A DNA stretch of 64,000 nt from an uncultured Candidatus Entotheonella sp. (GCA_965217185.1 OZ244252.1:480001-544000), one strand, 5' to 3'; shown: positions 1-10,034, numbered from the stretch's first letter. A program made the numbers and translations. Notes: generated from the letters alone by a model not told the origin.

Positions 1-1
1 T

Positions 2-1186
2 GTGGACGACCGTACCTTCACGCTGACGCTCACCGAGCCGTACGGGCTGGTGCTGGAATCCCTGGGCAAGCTGAGCAGCAACGTGCCGTTCATGATGCCG
101 GAGCGCCTGGCGACAACCGACGCCTTCACCCAGATCAGCGAGTCCATCGGTTCGGGGCCGTTCGTGTTTGTGAAGGACGAATGGATACCGGGCAGCAAGG
201 TCGTTTACGTCCGCAATCCCGACTACGTGCCGCGCCCGGAGCCACCGAGCTTCGCTGCCGGGGGCAAGCGGGTTCACGTCGAGCGGGTGGAATGGCTGTA
301 CATCCCGAATCCGGCGACCGCGCAGGCGGCCCTGGCAGCGGGGGAGGTGGATTATTACGAACGCCCGCCGGTCGATCTGTTGCCCCTGATGGAGCGCGAC
401 CCCGGCCTCACCGTGGCGGTGATCGACCCGCTTGGCACCCAGGGTTGGCTGCGCCCCAATCATTTGCACCCGCCGTTCGACCGCAAGGAGGCGCGCCAGG
501 CGCTGCTGTGGATGGTCAACCAGGAAGATTACCTGCGGGTGATCATCGGCGATCCGCAGTTCTGGCGCACCTGCGGCTCGTACTTCATGTGCGGCACGTC
601 GCTGGAGACCGACGCGGCCTCCGAGGCGCTCGTGCAGCAGGACCTGGACAAGGCCAGGCAATTGATGCAGGAAGCCGGCTACGCGGGTGAAACGATCGTG
701 CTCATGGACCCGACGGACATCCCGCTTCTCCACGGCGCCTCGCTGGTCACGGCGCAGATGCTGAAGAAGATCGGCGTCAACGTGCAGGTGCAGGCGATGG
801 ACTGGAGCACCCTGACGTCGCGGCGGGTCGAGAAGAAAGCACCCTCAGAGGGCGGCTGGCACCTGTTTCATACCTGGGCGACGGGCGCCGACGTGGCCTC
901 GCCGGTCAACAACATCGGCCTGTCGGGCGGCTGCGAGGCGAAAGCCTGGTTCGGCTGGCCGTGCGATGAGCGGCTCGAAAAGCTGCGCGACGACTGGGCG
1001 CGGGCCACCGACGCCGAGCAACAAAAGGCCATCGCCGAGGCGCTGCAGCGCGCGGCTTACGACAACGTGCCGTACGTCAATTACGGCCAATGGTTCCTGC
1101 CGACCGTGTACCGCAAGTCCCTTCAAGGCGTCATCGTCTCGCCGGTGCCGTTCTTCTGGAACATCGTCATAGCTGAACAGGGGTGA
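2..1186 (+). CDS. ABC transporter substrate-binding protein, peptide/nickel (family 5); 5' end lies outside the window
   Basis: IGSGPFVF..W.PG, ALAAGEVD and NHLHPPFD motifs typical of DppA-like proteins; followed by two permeases. Confidence 0.9.
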   Translation: MDDRTFTLTLTEPYGLVLESLGKLSSNVPFMMPERLATTDAFTQISESIGSGPFVFVKDEWIPGSKVVYVRNPDYVPRPEPPSFAAGGKRVHVERVEWLYIPNPATAQAALAAGEVDYYERPPVDLLPLMERDPGLTVAVIDPLGTQGWLRPNHLHPPFDRKEARQALLWMVNQEDYLRVIIGDPQFWRTCGSYFMCGTSLETDAASEALVQQDLDKARQLMQEAGYAGETIVLMDPTDIPLLHGASLVTAQMLKKIGVNVQVQAMDWSTLTSRRVEKKAPSEGGWHLFHTWATGADVASPVNNIGLSGGCEAKAWFGWPCDERLEKLRDDWARATDAEQQKAIAEALQRAAYDNVPYVNYGQWFLPTVYRKSLQGVIVSPVPFFWNIVIAEQG

Positions 1187-1204
1187 TCAAACGGTGACCG
1201 CACT

Positions 1205-2146
1205 ATGATTGCCTACCTGCTGCGCCGCCTGCTTGCCACGATTCCGGTGATGCTGGTGGTCGCGCTGTTCGTCTTCGCCTTGCTGCACCTCAGCCCCGGA
1301 GACCCCGCCGCGGTGATCGCCGGGGACTACGCCTCGCCGGAAGATATAGAGCGCATCCGCCACAAGCTCGGGCTGGACGCGCCGCTGCACCAACAGCTGG
1401 GCATCTGGCTGTGGCAGGTCGTGCGGGGGGACCTCGGCACGTCGATCTTCTCCAATCTGCCGGTCTCCAAGCTCATCGGCCAGCGCCTCGAGCCGACGCT
1501 GACGCTCACCGCCTGCACCATGATATTTGCGGTGCTCCTGGCGGTGCCAATGGGGGTGGTGGCAGCCTGGCAGGCGGGCACCTGGATTGACCGCGCGGTG
1601 ATGGTGTTTGCCGTTCTGGGCTTCTCCCTGCCGGTCTTCTGGCTGGGATTCCTGTTCATCTTCGGTTTTGCCCTCAAGCTTCAGATTCTGCCCGTTCAGG
1701 GCTACGTCAGCATTCGCGAGGGGCTGTGGCCCTGCCTGCGGCACCTAGTACTGCCGAGCCTGACTCTCGGCATGGTGTACATGGCGCTGATCGCCCGCAT
1801 GACCCGCGCCAGCATGCTGGAGGTGCTGCGCGAGGACTACATTCGCACCGCCCACGCCAAGGGGCTGAGGCCGCACGTCGTGCTGCTGTGGCACGCCCTG
1901 AAAAACGCCTCCCTGCCGATCGTCACGGTTATCGGCGTGGGGGTCGCGCTGCTCATCGGCGGCGTCGTGGTGACCGAGAGCGTCTTCGCCATCCCGGGCC
2001 TCGGACGCCTTACGGTCGACGCCATCCTGCACCGCGATTATCCCGTCATCCAGGGGATCATTCTGATTTTCTCGGCTATCTACGTGCTGATTAACCTGCT
2101 CGTGGACCTTGCGTACACGGTCCTCGACCCCCGTATTCGCTACTAA
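1205..2146 (+). CDS. dppB: Peptide ABC transporter permease (DppB/OppB type)
   Basis: PGDPA N-terminal motif, EAA-loop DYIRTAHAKGL, C-terminal LDPRIRY. Confidence 0.92.
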   Translation: MIAYLLRRLLATIPVMLVVALFVFALLHLSPGDPAAVIAGDYASPEDIERIRHKLGLDAPLHQQLGIWLWQVVRGDLGTSIFSNLPVSKLIGQRLEPTLTLTACTMIFAVLLAVPMGVVAAWQAGTWIDRAVMVFAVLGFSLPVFWLGFLFIFGFALKLQILPVQGYVSIREGLWPCLRHLVLPSLTLGMVYMALIARMTRASMLEVLREDYIRTAHAKGLRPHVVLLWHALKNASLPIVTVIGVGVALLIGGVVVTESVFAIPGLGRLTVDAILHRDYPVIQGIILIFSAIYVLINLLVDLAYTVLDPRIRY

Positions 2147-2188
2147 GGCACTTCTGGATCAATATGGCTTGCTCGTTCGTCATAATCC

Positions 2189-2300
2189 ATTCCTCCCCCC
2201 TTGAGGGGGAGTCGGCGAAACAAGGGCGTAGCCCGCAGGCGAGCCGGTGGGGGGAGGGAATTGTTGCTCCCTCTGCCTCCGGGGGTTGGGGTGAGGGGGA
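2189..2300. repeat. Intergenic nested palindromic (REP/BoxC-like) element
   Basis: TTCCTCCCCCC...GGGGGGAGGGAA outer arms and inner CTCCCCC-TTGA-GGGGGAG hairpin, then GGGGTGAGGGGGAAA, which recurs near 27327-27342. Confidence 0.65.
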
Positions 2301-2324
2301 AAATCTAGGGAACATGGGCATTTT

Positions 2325-3206
2325 ATGGTGACGGCGACCGCACAACCCTATCTCGTCGAAGACCAGCCGAGGTCCGCTTCCCTCCTGCGCATGCTCAGGC
2401 GCAATCCCACCATGGTCGGCGGCGCCTGTTTCCTGCTCGTCATGCTGGTGACGGCGCTAGGAGCACCTTACTTCGGCACCATCGACCCCGAGGAGCTGAA
2501 CCCTATTGATCGGTTGCGCAGTCCGTCGCTGACGTACTGGTTCGGCACCGACATGCTGGGCCGCGACCTCTACAGCCGCACGATGTACGGCAGCCGCATT
2601 TCGCTGCTGGTCGGGCTTTGCGTGGCAGTGCTGAGCCTGACCATCGGGCTGGCCATCGGGCTGCTGAGCGGCTACCTGCGACACGTCGATACCGTGGTCA
2701 TGCGGATCATGGACGGCCTCATGGCCATCCCGGCCATTCTGCTGGCCATTGCCCTGATGGCATTGATGAACGCCAGCGCGCAGAACGTCATCATTGCGCT
2801 GACCATCCCGGAAATCCCGCGCGTGGTGCGCCTCGTTCGTGCCCTGGTGCTTAGCCTTCGGGAGCAGGCGTTCGTGGAGGCGTCGCGCGCCGTGGGAGCG
2901 GGCATGTGGCGGGTGCTGCTGCGGCACATCACACCCAATACCGTGGCGCCGCTCATCGTGCAGGGCACGTACATCTGCGCCTCGGCGGTCATTTTCGAGG
3001 CTTACCTCAGCTTTCTCGGCGCCGGCACGCCGCCGAACATTCCAAGCTGGGGCAACATCATGGCAGAAGGGCGGACGTACGTGCAGATCGCCTTCTGGAT
3101 CATCCTTTTCCCCGGCCTGTTCCTGGCGTTCACGGTCCTGGCTATCAACCTGCTCGGCGATGGCCTGCGCGATACGCTGGACCCCAAGCTGGCGCGGCGC
3201 ATGTGA
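2325..3206 (+). CDS. dppC: Peptide ABC transporter permease (DppC/OppC type)
   Basis: FGTDMLGRD, EQAFVEASRAVGA, PSWGNIM and GDGLRDTLDPK motifs. Confidence 0.92.
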   Translation: MVTATAQPYLVEDQPRSASLLRMLRRNPTMVGGACFLLVMLVTALGAPYFGTIDPEELNPIDRLRSPSLTYWFGTDMLGRDLYSRTMYGSRISLLVGLCVAVLSLTIGLAIGLLSGYLRHVDTVVMRIMDGLMAIPAILLAIALMALMNASAQNVIIALTIPEIPRVVRLVRALVLSLREQAFVEASRAVGAGMWRVLLRHITPNTVAPLIVQGTYICASAVIFEAYLSFLGAGTPPNIPSWGNIMAEGRTYVQIAFWIILFPGLFLAFTVLAINLLGDGLRDTLDPKLARRM

Positions 3207-3237
3207 GGCGTTGAACGCTGCCCCTGATCAGGCGGGG

Positions 3238-3741
3238 TTACGACGCGGCCGCTTGCTGTTGCTTGATGAGGTTCATCAGCCCGTCGGCGCGGATGATGTC
3301 CATGATTTCCTGCGGGTAGGGCTTTGCCTGGAAGGCGTTGCCGGAGCGCGTGTTCTTGACGATGCCTTCCTCGATATCGAGGGAAATGGGGTCCCCGTGC
3401 CGGAAATCGGCCACCGCTTCCGGCAGTTCGAGCACCGGCAGGCCGATGTTGATGGCGTTGCGGAAGAAGATGCGGGCAAAGGACGACGCGATGACCGCGA
3501 CGATGCCGGACGCCTTGAGCGCCATCGGGGCGTGCTCCCGCGACGAGCCGGAGCCGAAATTCTCCTCGCCCACCACGACGTCCCCATACCGCACGGTCGG
3601 CAGGAAATCACTGTCCAAATCTTCCATGCAATGCTTGGCCAAGTCTTCCGGTTCGTTGAACATCATGTAGCGCGCCGGGAGAATCAGGTCGGTATTAACG
3701 TCCCGCCCGTACCGGTACACCTTCGGCTGTAGCTGTGCCAT
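3238..3741 (-). CDS. 3-isopropylmalate/homoaconitase-family dehydratase small subunit (short HacB/DmdB-like type)
   Basis: [39 protein letters not shown]. Confidence 0.88.
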   Translation of the reverse strand: MAQLQPKVYRYGRDVNTDLILPARYMMFNEPEDLAKHCMEDLDSDFLPTVRYGDVVVGEENFGSGSSREHAPMALKASGIVAVIASSFARIFFRNAINIGLPVLELPEAVADFRHGDPISLDIEEGIVKNTRSGNAFQAKPYPQEIMDIIRADGLMNLIKQQQAAAS

Positions 3742-3758
3742 GTTGATGCTCCTTTATG

Positions 3759-5069
3759 CTATTCCGTGAATTGGGTCAGAGCCGCCGCGGTGTCGGCCGT
3801 GGCCACCTCGCTGGGGTCCGTAATGAAGCCGGTAATCGCCGAGGCGGCGGCCACCGCCGGTGACGCCAGGTAGGTCTCGCCGCGCACGTCGCCGGTGCGG
3901 CCCTTGAAGTTGCGGTTGGACGTGGACAGCATCCGCTCGCCCGCCCCGATGACGCCCATGTAGCCGCCCAGGCAGGGACCACAGGTGCCCTCGGCGACAG
4001 CAAAGCCGGCTTTGGCGAAGATGCTGATCAGCCCTTCGTCCAGGGCCTGCATGTAGATGTTGTGGCTGGCCGGGATGACGACGCCGCGCGTCCATTTGGC
4101 GAGCTGGTGGCCGTCGAGGATTTTGGCCGCGATGCGCAGGTCTTCGAGCTTGGCGTTGGTGCAGGAGCCGATGAATACTTGGTCGATGGCCACTTTCTCC
4201 TGCATTGCCTGGCTCACCGGCTTGCAGTTGCTGGGTAGGTGCGGGAAGGCGACCTGGGGCTCCAGATTCGAAATGTCGAACTCGTGCACCGCGGCATAGG
4301 TGGCGTCGGCGTCCGCTTCCACGCCCTGGAAGTCGCGTTTTGCCCGCCCGGCCTCGTACGCCAGCGTTTTGTCGTCGCACGGGAAGATGGAGTTCTTGGC
4401 GCCGCCCTCGATGGCCATGTTGGCGATGGTCAGGCGCCCTTCGACCGATAGATGCTGGGTTCCCTCGCCATGAAATTCCTGTGCTTGGTACAAGGCTCCG
4501 TCGTCGCCCAATTGGCTGATGAGGAAGAGCACCACGTCCTTGGCGGAGACCCACGGGCTCTTCGGCACGCCGTTGAAGACGATCTTGATGGTCTCGGGCA
4601 CGCGCAGCCACAGCTCGCCGGTGGTCCAGGCGGCTGCCAGATCGGTGGAGCCGATGCCGGTGGCAAACGTGTTGACGCCGCCGTAGGTACAACTGTGGGA
4701 GTCGGCGCCCAGCACCAGATCGCCGGGGACGACGTAGCCCTCGTCCGGCAGCAGGGCGTGCTCGATGCCGCCTTGGCCCGCTTCGAAGTAATGCTTGATG
4801 TTGTACTTGCGCGCGAAATCCCGGCACGTTTTGGCCATGGCAGCGGAGGCGATGTCCTTGGCCGGTACGAAGTGGCTCATGACGATGAAGACTTTGTCCG
4901 GGTCGGCGAACTGGGTGATGCCGTTGGCGTCGAGGATGCGGACCGTCAGGGAAGTCGTGATATCATTGCCCATGATCACGTCGGCCTTGCCGACGACCAT
5001 GTCGCCGGGGGCGACGCGGGCCTTGCCGGAAGACCGCGCGAGGATGTGTTCACTGCGAGTCATGCCCAT
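3759..5069 (-). CDS. 3-isopropylmalate/homoaconitase-family dehydratase large subunit (HacA/DmdA-like type)
   Basis: GADSHSCTYG, FIGSCTN and CGPCLG (Fe-S cysteines), STSNRNFKGR, LASPAVAAASA. Confidence 0.9.
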   Translation of the reverse strand: MGMTRSEHILARSSGKARVAPGDMVVGKADVIMGNDITTSLTVRILDANGITQFADPDKVFIVMSHFVPAKDIASAAMAKTCRDFARKYNIKHYFEAGQGGIEHALLPDEGYVVPGDLVLGADSHSCTYGGVNTFATGIGSTDLAAAWTTGELWLRVPETIKIVFNGVPKSPWVSAKDVVLFLISQLGDDGALYQAQEFHGEGTQHLSVEGRLTIANMAIEGGAKNSIFPCDDKTLAYEAGRAKRDFQGVEADADATYAAVHEFDISNLEPQVAFPHLPSNCKPVSQAMQEKVAIDQVFIGSCTNAKLEDLRIAAKILDGHQLAKWTRGVVIPASHNIYMQALDEGLISIFAKAGFAVAEGTCGPCLGGYMGVIGAGERMLSTSNRNFKGRTGDVRGETYLASPAVAAASAITGFITDPSEVATADTAAALTQFTE

Positions 5070-5231
5070 GGTGGTGTCCCCCGCTTACCCCACGCAGGGG
5101 CAAGCCTTAGTTGGGTTGCGAGATGTTGTGTTGCGTGCCCGAATGGCGGCACATGCGGTTGCCGTCGGAGGGAGCGGCTATTGCACGCGACTTTCGGCGA
5201 ATTGTCAAGCGGAGCAGCGAGGAGCGTACGA

Positions 5232-6407
5232 TTGAGCGTCGCAGAATCACTAACAACGGTCTGCCTGGGTCAGGGCACGGAGGCCATTGGGTGCCACCTG
5301 CAGCATGTCGTGGCGGGCCGTGATTGCCGATTGATCAATTCCGTCATCACCGGCTGTGAGGGCAATCTCGTCGTGCTGGGCGACCGCGTGACGCTGATCA
5401 ACTGCCACGTGCGGGCTTCCGGGCAGCGCAGTGCTTTCGAGTTTGGGGGGTGGGGCGTGGATCAACGCTCGACCCGTCTGGAAGACGATGCCTGGTTCAG
5501 CCACTCGCACCTGCTCAACACGCTAGTGGAAGCTGGAAGCCGCGGCATCCATGCGGCGTTGGACCACTGCCATGTCGGACCCCGTAACGACCTTCGCACC
5601 TTTACCAACATGACCCGCAGCCGCACGGCGGCGGATTGCCAGTTGGGTTCGGAAGTCAGCAAAACCCTCATCCTCGGCCGTGGATTCGTGAGCGAGCACG
5701 CCAATACCTACCTCAGCCTGCTGGCGCCTGCCGACTACCCCATCCTCACCGAAGACGGACGCGAGGAGGTGCTTGCGGGCCTGCCGAACGCCACGAACAT
5801 CGGTGCTGGCACCGTTTTCTCTAACTACGACGGTGAGCCGCTGCCCGCCCACTCAGTCGAGCAAAGCCCCGGCAGCGCCAAGGGCACCGCCGTCGTCTAC
5901 ACGTCCTTCGTCTGTATCAACTGCCGGGTCATCAACCGTTATGGGCAGCCGCAGGGGCAGCCCGGCCCTTTCGACCTCTTGCGCCGTCGCGACCTGACGA
6001 TTCTGGGTTTCGGCAGCTTCGTGGAAAACAAGGTCACCGGCCGCGTTCCCGCCTTTGCCTACGCTGGCGACCTCTCGTCCCGCTCCCACCAACTCGGCTG
6101 GGTCCTGGCCAAAAAGCCCGGCATTATCCTCAATTTCATCACCAAAATGCGCCGCCTGCTTGACGACCAGTCCTGGCGCTTGCGCGACCTCGTCGAAGGC
6201 ACCCTGCGCCTCGAATGCCAACTCCTCCAAGACGAACTCGCCGGCACCCGTCCCAGCTTCTACACGCGCGAGCAACTGCAAAGTGGCTTGGCAATTCTGA
6301 AATCCCACCTCCAGGACCGCCGCTGGTCCATGACCGACGCCGGGGATTGGCAGCGCCGCTGGTCTTTCGACAACTGCCATCAGCAGTGGGTCTGCGACGC
6401 TGGGTAA
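5232..6407 (+). CDS. Hypothetical protein with GlmU-like left-handed beta-helix region
   Basis: In-frame TTG at 5232 after GAGGAG; NIGAGTVFSNYDG resembles the GlmU acetyltransferase motif NIGAGTITCNYDG; the upstream part of the listed ORF is antisense to the dehydratase. Confidence 0.6.
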   Translation: MSVAESLTTVCLGQGTEAIGCHLQHVVAGRDCRLINSVITGCEGNLVVLGDRVTLINCHVRASGQRSAFEFGGWGVDQRSTRLEDDAWFSHSHLLNTLVEAGSRGIHAALDHCHVGPRNDLRTFTNMTRSRTAADCQLGSEVSKTLILGRGFVSEHANTYLSLLAPADYPILTEDGREEVLAGLPNATNIGAGTVFSNYDGEPLPAHSVEQSPGSAKGTAVVYTSFVCINCRVINRYGQPQGQPGPFDLLRRRDLTILGFGSFVENKVTGRVPAFAYAGDLSSRSHQLGWVLAKKPGIILNFITKMRRLLDDQSWRLRDLVEGTLRLECQLLQDELAGTRPSFYTREQLQSGLAILKSHLQDRRWSMTDAGDWQRRWSFDNCHQQWVCDAG

Positions 6408-6443
6408 GGGCGGCGACAGACTGCACTGCATCGCCGGTATGCC

Positions 6444-6521
6444 TTATGCGTGGTACTCGTGAGACCGAGTCAGCACCTTGCCGCAGGCACACATGATCAG
6501 CTTGACGACTGGCACGGTCAC
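6444..6521 (-). pseudogene. Probable degenerate vapC (PIN toxin) 5' remnant
   Basis: GTG start overlaps the upstream stop (GTGA); MTVPVVKLIMCA resembles PIN N-termini of the MIVPDVNLLxYA type. Confidence 0.45.
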
Positions 6522-8728
6522 GGTGTGCTCTCGTCGGCGAAAGTCTCAGCATCGAGAATTTCGGAGAGTTGATTCAGCTTCTGCGGGTTGATGCCGGGAA
6601 CGAGGCCACTGGCATTCGGAACGACTCGGAATTTAGGCGCCTCGGCCCGAGTAACCTGCACCAACGTGTCATGCCAATCGCCGCCGCCGCCGAGGTCGCT
6701 GAGGCCGTCGGCGGTAAGGGTATTGGCGAGGGCGCCGGAAGGGGCGTGGGCCGTCCACCAGCCGAAGGGGACGGCGACGACGCCGGGACGCACGCGGTCG
6801 GCGACGCGGGCATGGAGGTGGATGGCGCCGCGGTCGTTGAAGACGCGAACAGGGTCGCCGTCGGCGATGCCTCGGGACTCGGCGTCGGCGGGGTGGATGT
6901 CGAGCCTGGGTTCGGGTTCGGCGCGCAAGTGGCGGGGCAGGTTGGCGTAGCTTGAATTGAGGAAGTGCAGGGGCGTCTTGGGTGTCATCAGCAGCAGCGG
7001 AAAGCGGGCGGCCAGTACAGGGTCCCCGGCGGGGCTTTCGTTGGCGGGCTCGAACGTCGGTAGGGGATCCAACCCCAGAGCTTGCAGGTGCTCGGCGTAG
7101 AACTCGCACTTGCCGGAGGGCGTGGGGAAGCCACCGTCGGCAAACGGCCGCCAGTCGTCGGGCAGGTTGAGCGGCGCCCAGCCGTGTTCCCACAGGCGCT
7201 CGAAGGTGACGCCGTCCAGGTAGGGATGGTCGCTGTCCAGGGCGGTGCGGACGAGGCTTTCGTCGGATTCGTACAAGTCCGGCTCTTGGAGGTCGAGGGC
7301 GGCGGCCAGACGGCGGAAGAATTCGGTGTTCGGCACTGCCTCGCCGAGCGGCGCAATGGCGGGGCGGTTCAGGGTGACGTAGGTGTGCCCCCACGACCAC
7401 AGCAGGTCGAGGTGCTCGACTTGCGTGGTGGCCGGAAAGACGTAATCGGCGTAGCACGCGGTGTCGGTCAGGAACTGCTCGTGGACGACTGTGAACAGGT
7501 CCTCTCGGGCCAGGCCGGCGCGCACCCGGTTCAGATTGGGCGCAATGACCGCCGGGTTGCTGTTGTAGACGATGAGGGCGTGAATGGGCGGTGCCATCGC
7601 TTCGCTGGTAAGCGCCTCGCCCAATTGCACCATGTTGACGGAGCGGATGCTGCGGTCTTCAAGCTCGCGCTTTTCGGCGCCGGCGACGTTTAGCGCTTGG
7701 TAGTGCGGCTTGGCGGTGAAATCGACAATGCCGCCGCCGCGATGCCGCCAGGCGCCGACCAGGGCCGGCAGGCAGGCGATGGTGCGAAAGGCCATGGCGC
7801 CGTGGGCGTGATGCTCCATGCCGACCAGCACCCGTATGGCGGACGGCTGGGTTTCGGCATACGCGCGTGCCAGCCGCACGACGTCGTCAGCCGGCAGGCC
7901 GGTGATGGCGGCGATGCGCTCCGGCGGGTAGTCATCGAGCCGCTCGCATAACCGGTCGAAACCCAGGGTATGCCGCGCAACGTAATCCTTGTCATGCAGG
8001 TCTTCGTTCACGATGACGTGCATCATGCCCAGGGCCAGGGCGGCGTCGGTGCCCGGCAGCGGGCGCAGGTGCCAATCGGCTTGCGCCGCGGTTCGCGTCC
8101 TGAGGGGATCGATCACCACCACGGTGGCGCCGGCGTCCCTGGCCTGGCGGATGAATGGCCACAAATGAAGATTGGTTACCACCGTGTTGGTGCCCCACAG
8201 GATGATGAAGCGGCTGTGCGCGATGTCCTCGGGCAGCATGCCGGTGGTGGCGCCGAGGGTGGCCACGATGCCGCGGCCGGCGGTGCTGGCGCAGATGTTG
8301 CGCTCCAGGCGAGTGGCGCCGAGGCGTGCGAAGAAGCGGCGGTCCAGTGAACTGGTCTGCACGATGCCCTGCGTGCCCATGTAGCTGTACGGCAGGACGG
8401 TAGTGGCGCCGTGCCGATCGATGAGGCGGTGCAGGTGCGCGGCAACGTCGGCGATGGCCTCGTCCCAGCCGACGCGCTCGAACTTGCCGTCTCCCTTGGC
8501 GCCGACGCGCCGCAGCGGGTGGAGAACGCGGTCCGGGCTGTACACACGGTCCAGGTAGTGATCGACCTTGGCGCACAGGACGCCGCGCGTGAAGGGCTGC
8601 AGCTTGTCGCCGACCAACTCGACGGCCGTGCCGTCTTCAACCTTGACCTGCCAGCTGCAGCGGTCGGGGCAGTCGTGCGGACAGGCGCCGGGTATCCAGG
8701 CTGGCACGGTATCTGAGAGGGTCGGCAT
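6518..8728 (-). CDS. Molybdopterin-dependent oxidoreductase (DMSO reductase family) with an atypical C-terminal tail
   Basis: CPHDCPDRC...LCAK 4Fe-4S motif, PGTDAALALG, TDTA..ADYVFPA, FLNSSY and molydop-binding C-domain. Confidence 0.9.
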   Translation of the reverse strand: MPTLSDTVPAWIPGACPHDCPDRCSWQVKVEDGTAVELVGDKLQPFTRGVLCAKVDHYLDRVYSPDRVLHPLRRVGAKGDGKFERVGWDEAIADVAAHLHRLIDRHGATTVLPYSYMGTQGIVQTSSLDRRFFARLGATRLERNICASTAGRGIVATLGATTGMLPEDIAHSRFIILWGTNTVVTNLHLWPFIRQARDAGATVVVIDPLRTRTAAQADWHLRPLPGTDAALALGMMHVIVNEDLHDKDYVARHTLGFDRLCERLDDYPPERIAAITGLPADDVVRLARAYAETQPSAIRVLVGMEHHAHGAMAFRTIACLPALVGAWRHRGGGIVDFTAKPHYQALNVAGAEKRELEDRSIRSVNMVQLGEALTSEAMAPPIHALIVYNSNPAVIAPNLNRVRAGLAREDLFTVVHEQFLTDTACYADYVFPATTQVEHLDLLWSWGHTYVTLNRPAIAPLGEAVPNTEFFRRLAAALDLQEPDLYESDESLVRTALDSDHPYLDGVTFERLWEHGWAPLNLPDDWRPFADGGFPTPSGKCEFYAEHLQALGLDPLPTFEPANESPAGDPVLAARFPLLLMTPKTPLHFLNSSYANLPRHLRAEPEPRLDIHPADAESRGIADGDPVRVFNDRGAIHLHARVADRVRPGVVAVPFGWWTAHAPSGALANTLTADGLSDLGGGGDWHDTLVQVTRAEAPKFRVVPNASGLVPGINPQKLNQLSEILDAETFADESTP

Positions 8729-8896
8729 GGACGTTTCTCCTTGGCGGCAAATTACTGAGGGAGTCGCGGAATCGTCGGATTACGCTTCGCTAATCCGACC
8801 TACATGAGGCGAGGCGGCGATTGACGCTGTAGGGCCTCGACCGTATCATGGCGGCTTCGCATTCACGTTCAAACCCATTGTAAGGAAGGGAGCCAC

Positions 8897-9184
8897 ATGG
8901 CGGCCTATGTTGTTGCGCAAGTCAAGATCACCGATCCCGACACCTTCGCCAAGTACAGCCAGCAGGTCCCGGCTGTGGTGGAACAGTTCGGCGGCAAATA
9001 TCTGGTACGGGGCGGCAAAATGGAAATCTTGGAGGGTGAGTGGGACGCCGGCCGGCTCGTCGTGCTGGAATTTCCGTCGATGGACCACGTGCACCGGTTC
9101 TACAATTCGCCCGAGTACGCGCCGCTTATCAAGCTCCGCCAGCAGTCCGCCGACACGATCATGAGCACCGTTGAAGGGGTGTAA
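8897..9184 (+). CDS. DUF1330 domain protein
   Basis: GGKYLVRGG..LEGEW, VVLEFPS, FYNSPEY signature. Confidence 0.9.
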   Translation: MAAYVVAQVKITDPDTFAKYSQQVPAVVEQFGGKYLVRGGKMEILEGEWDAGRLVVLEFPSMDHVHRFYNSPEYAPLIKLRQQSADTIMSTVEGV

Positions 9185-9281
9185 GCCCTTCGAATCTCCT
9201 GCCGCCACTCCCGCTCCGCTATGACGCCCCCGCCTGAAGTGGCCCGTCGGATCGGGCCGTTCAAATGGGGGCGACACTTCC

Positions 9282-10034
9282 TTATGACAGCCGTGCCAGG
9301 GACTCCTGCACGGTTGGCCGCTGCCCCGCCTCGACATCCGTTCTGCGGCGTTCGTGAAACACCGTGAGGATTGTGTTGGCGTTCGCCAGAATGCCGATCT
9401 CCTTGCAGTAGGCGTCCAGCTTGTCCGCCGGCAACGCCCACAGGGCCACGTCGTCGGACATGGCATCCAGGTAGGCGCGGGCGCCGCAGCAGCCCAGGCT
9501 CATTGCCGCCCGCCCCTGATTGATCACCTGCGGCACCACGGCGCACGCCGGGCGGCCCATGGCGGCCGGCACGCCCTCGTCAACCCTCGCCACTGCCTCG
9601 CTGAGGATCAACCCCTGCTGCGCGTGCGCGAACAGCAGCACGACTTCCGCCGCCAGCGGGAAGTCCGCCAGCGGCCCGTAGACCGCATGCTGCGCCTCAC
9701 GCTGTAGAACCGGTATCGCCGCCACCTCCTCGGCGCGTACGTAATCCAGCCCGCTCATGGCTTGTAATGCCTCCTGCAACTCGCCGGCCTGTGTCGCCGG
9801 CGCCGGCGATAGGTGATGCGTATGGATGCCGATCGAGCACAGGGCATGATCCGCCGCCGAGGTCGCAAAGGTGCGCGTCGCCGCCTCCTGCCAAAAGCTG
9901 CACCCCGCCGGCACCGTGCCGTCAAAGGCCGCAACGCCCGCGGGCGGGGCGTCGCTGAACGCCACGGCGATGGGTGGCAGGGATAGTTTCAGCGAAGTTG
10001 ACAACTGGTTGGCAAGCTCCGAGTAAGTATTCAA
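9282..10034 (-). CDS. DUF169 family protein
   Basis: TTG start after AGGAGAAGGA; Cys motifs GC.FW, CSIG, RPACA and SLGCCGAR typical of DUF169. Confidence 0.75.
   Translation of the reverse strand: MNTYSELANQLSTSLKLSLPPIAVAFSDAPPAGVAAFDGTVPAGCSFWQEAATRTFATSAADHALCSIGIHTHHLSPAPATQAGELQEALQAMSGLDYVRAEEVAAIPVLQREAQHAVYGPLADFPLAAEVVLLFAHAQQGLILSEAVARVDEGVPAAMGRPACAVVPQVINQGRAAMSLGCCGARAYLDAMSDDVALWALPADKLDAYCKEIGILANANTILTVFHERRRTDVEAGQRPTVQESLARLS

Noticed and set aside
2..3206. ABC operon lacking ATPase genes as a novelty
   Set aside because: The operon is cut by the window edge; ATPases may lie upstream or elsewhere
4452..5231. N-terminal 260 aa of the 651-aa ORF 4452..6407
   Set aside because: Mostly antisense shadow of the dehydratase large subunit; a good RBS+TTG start exists at 5232
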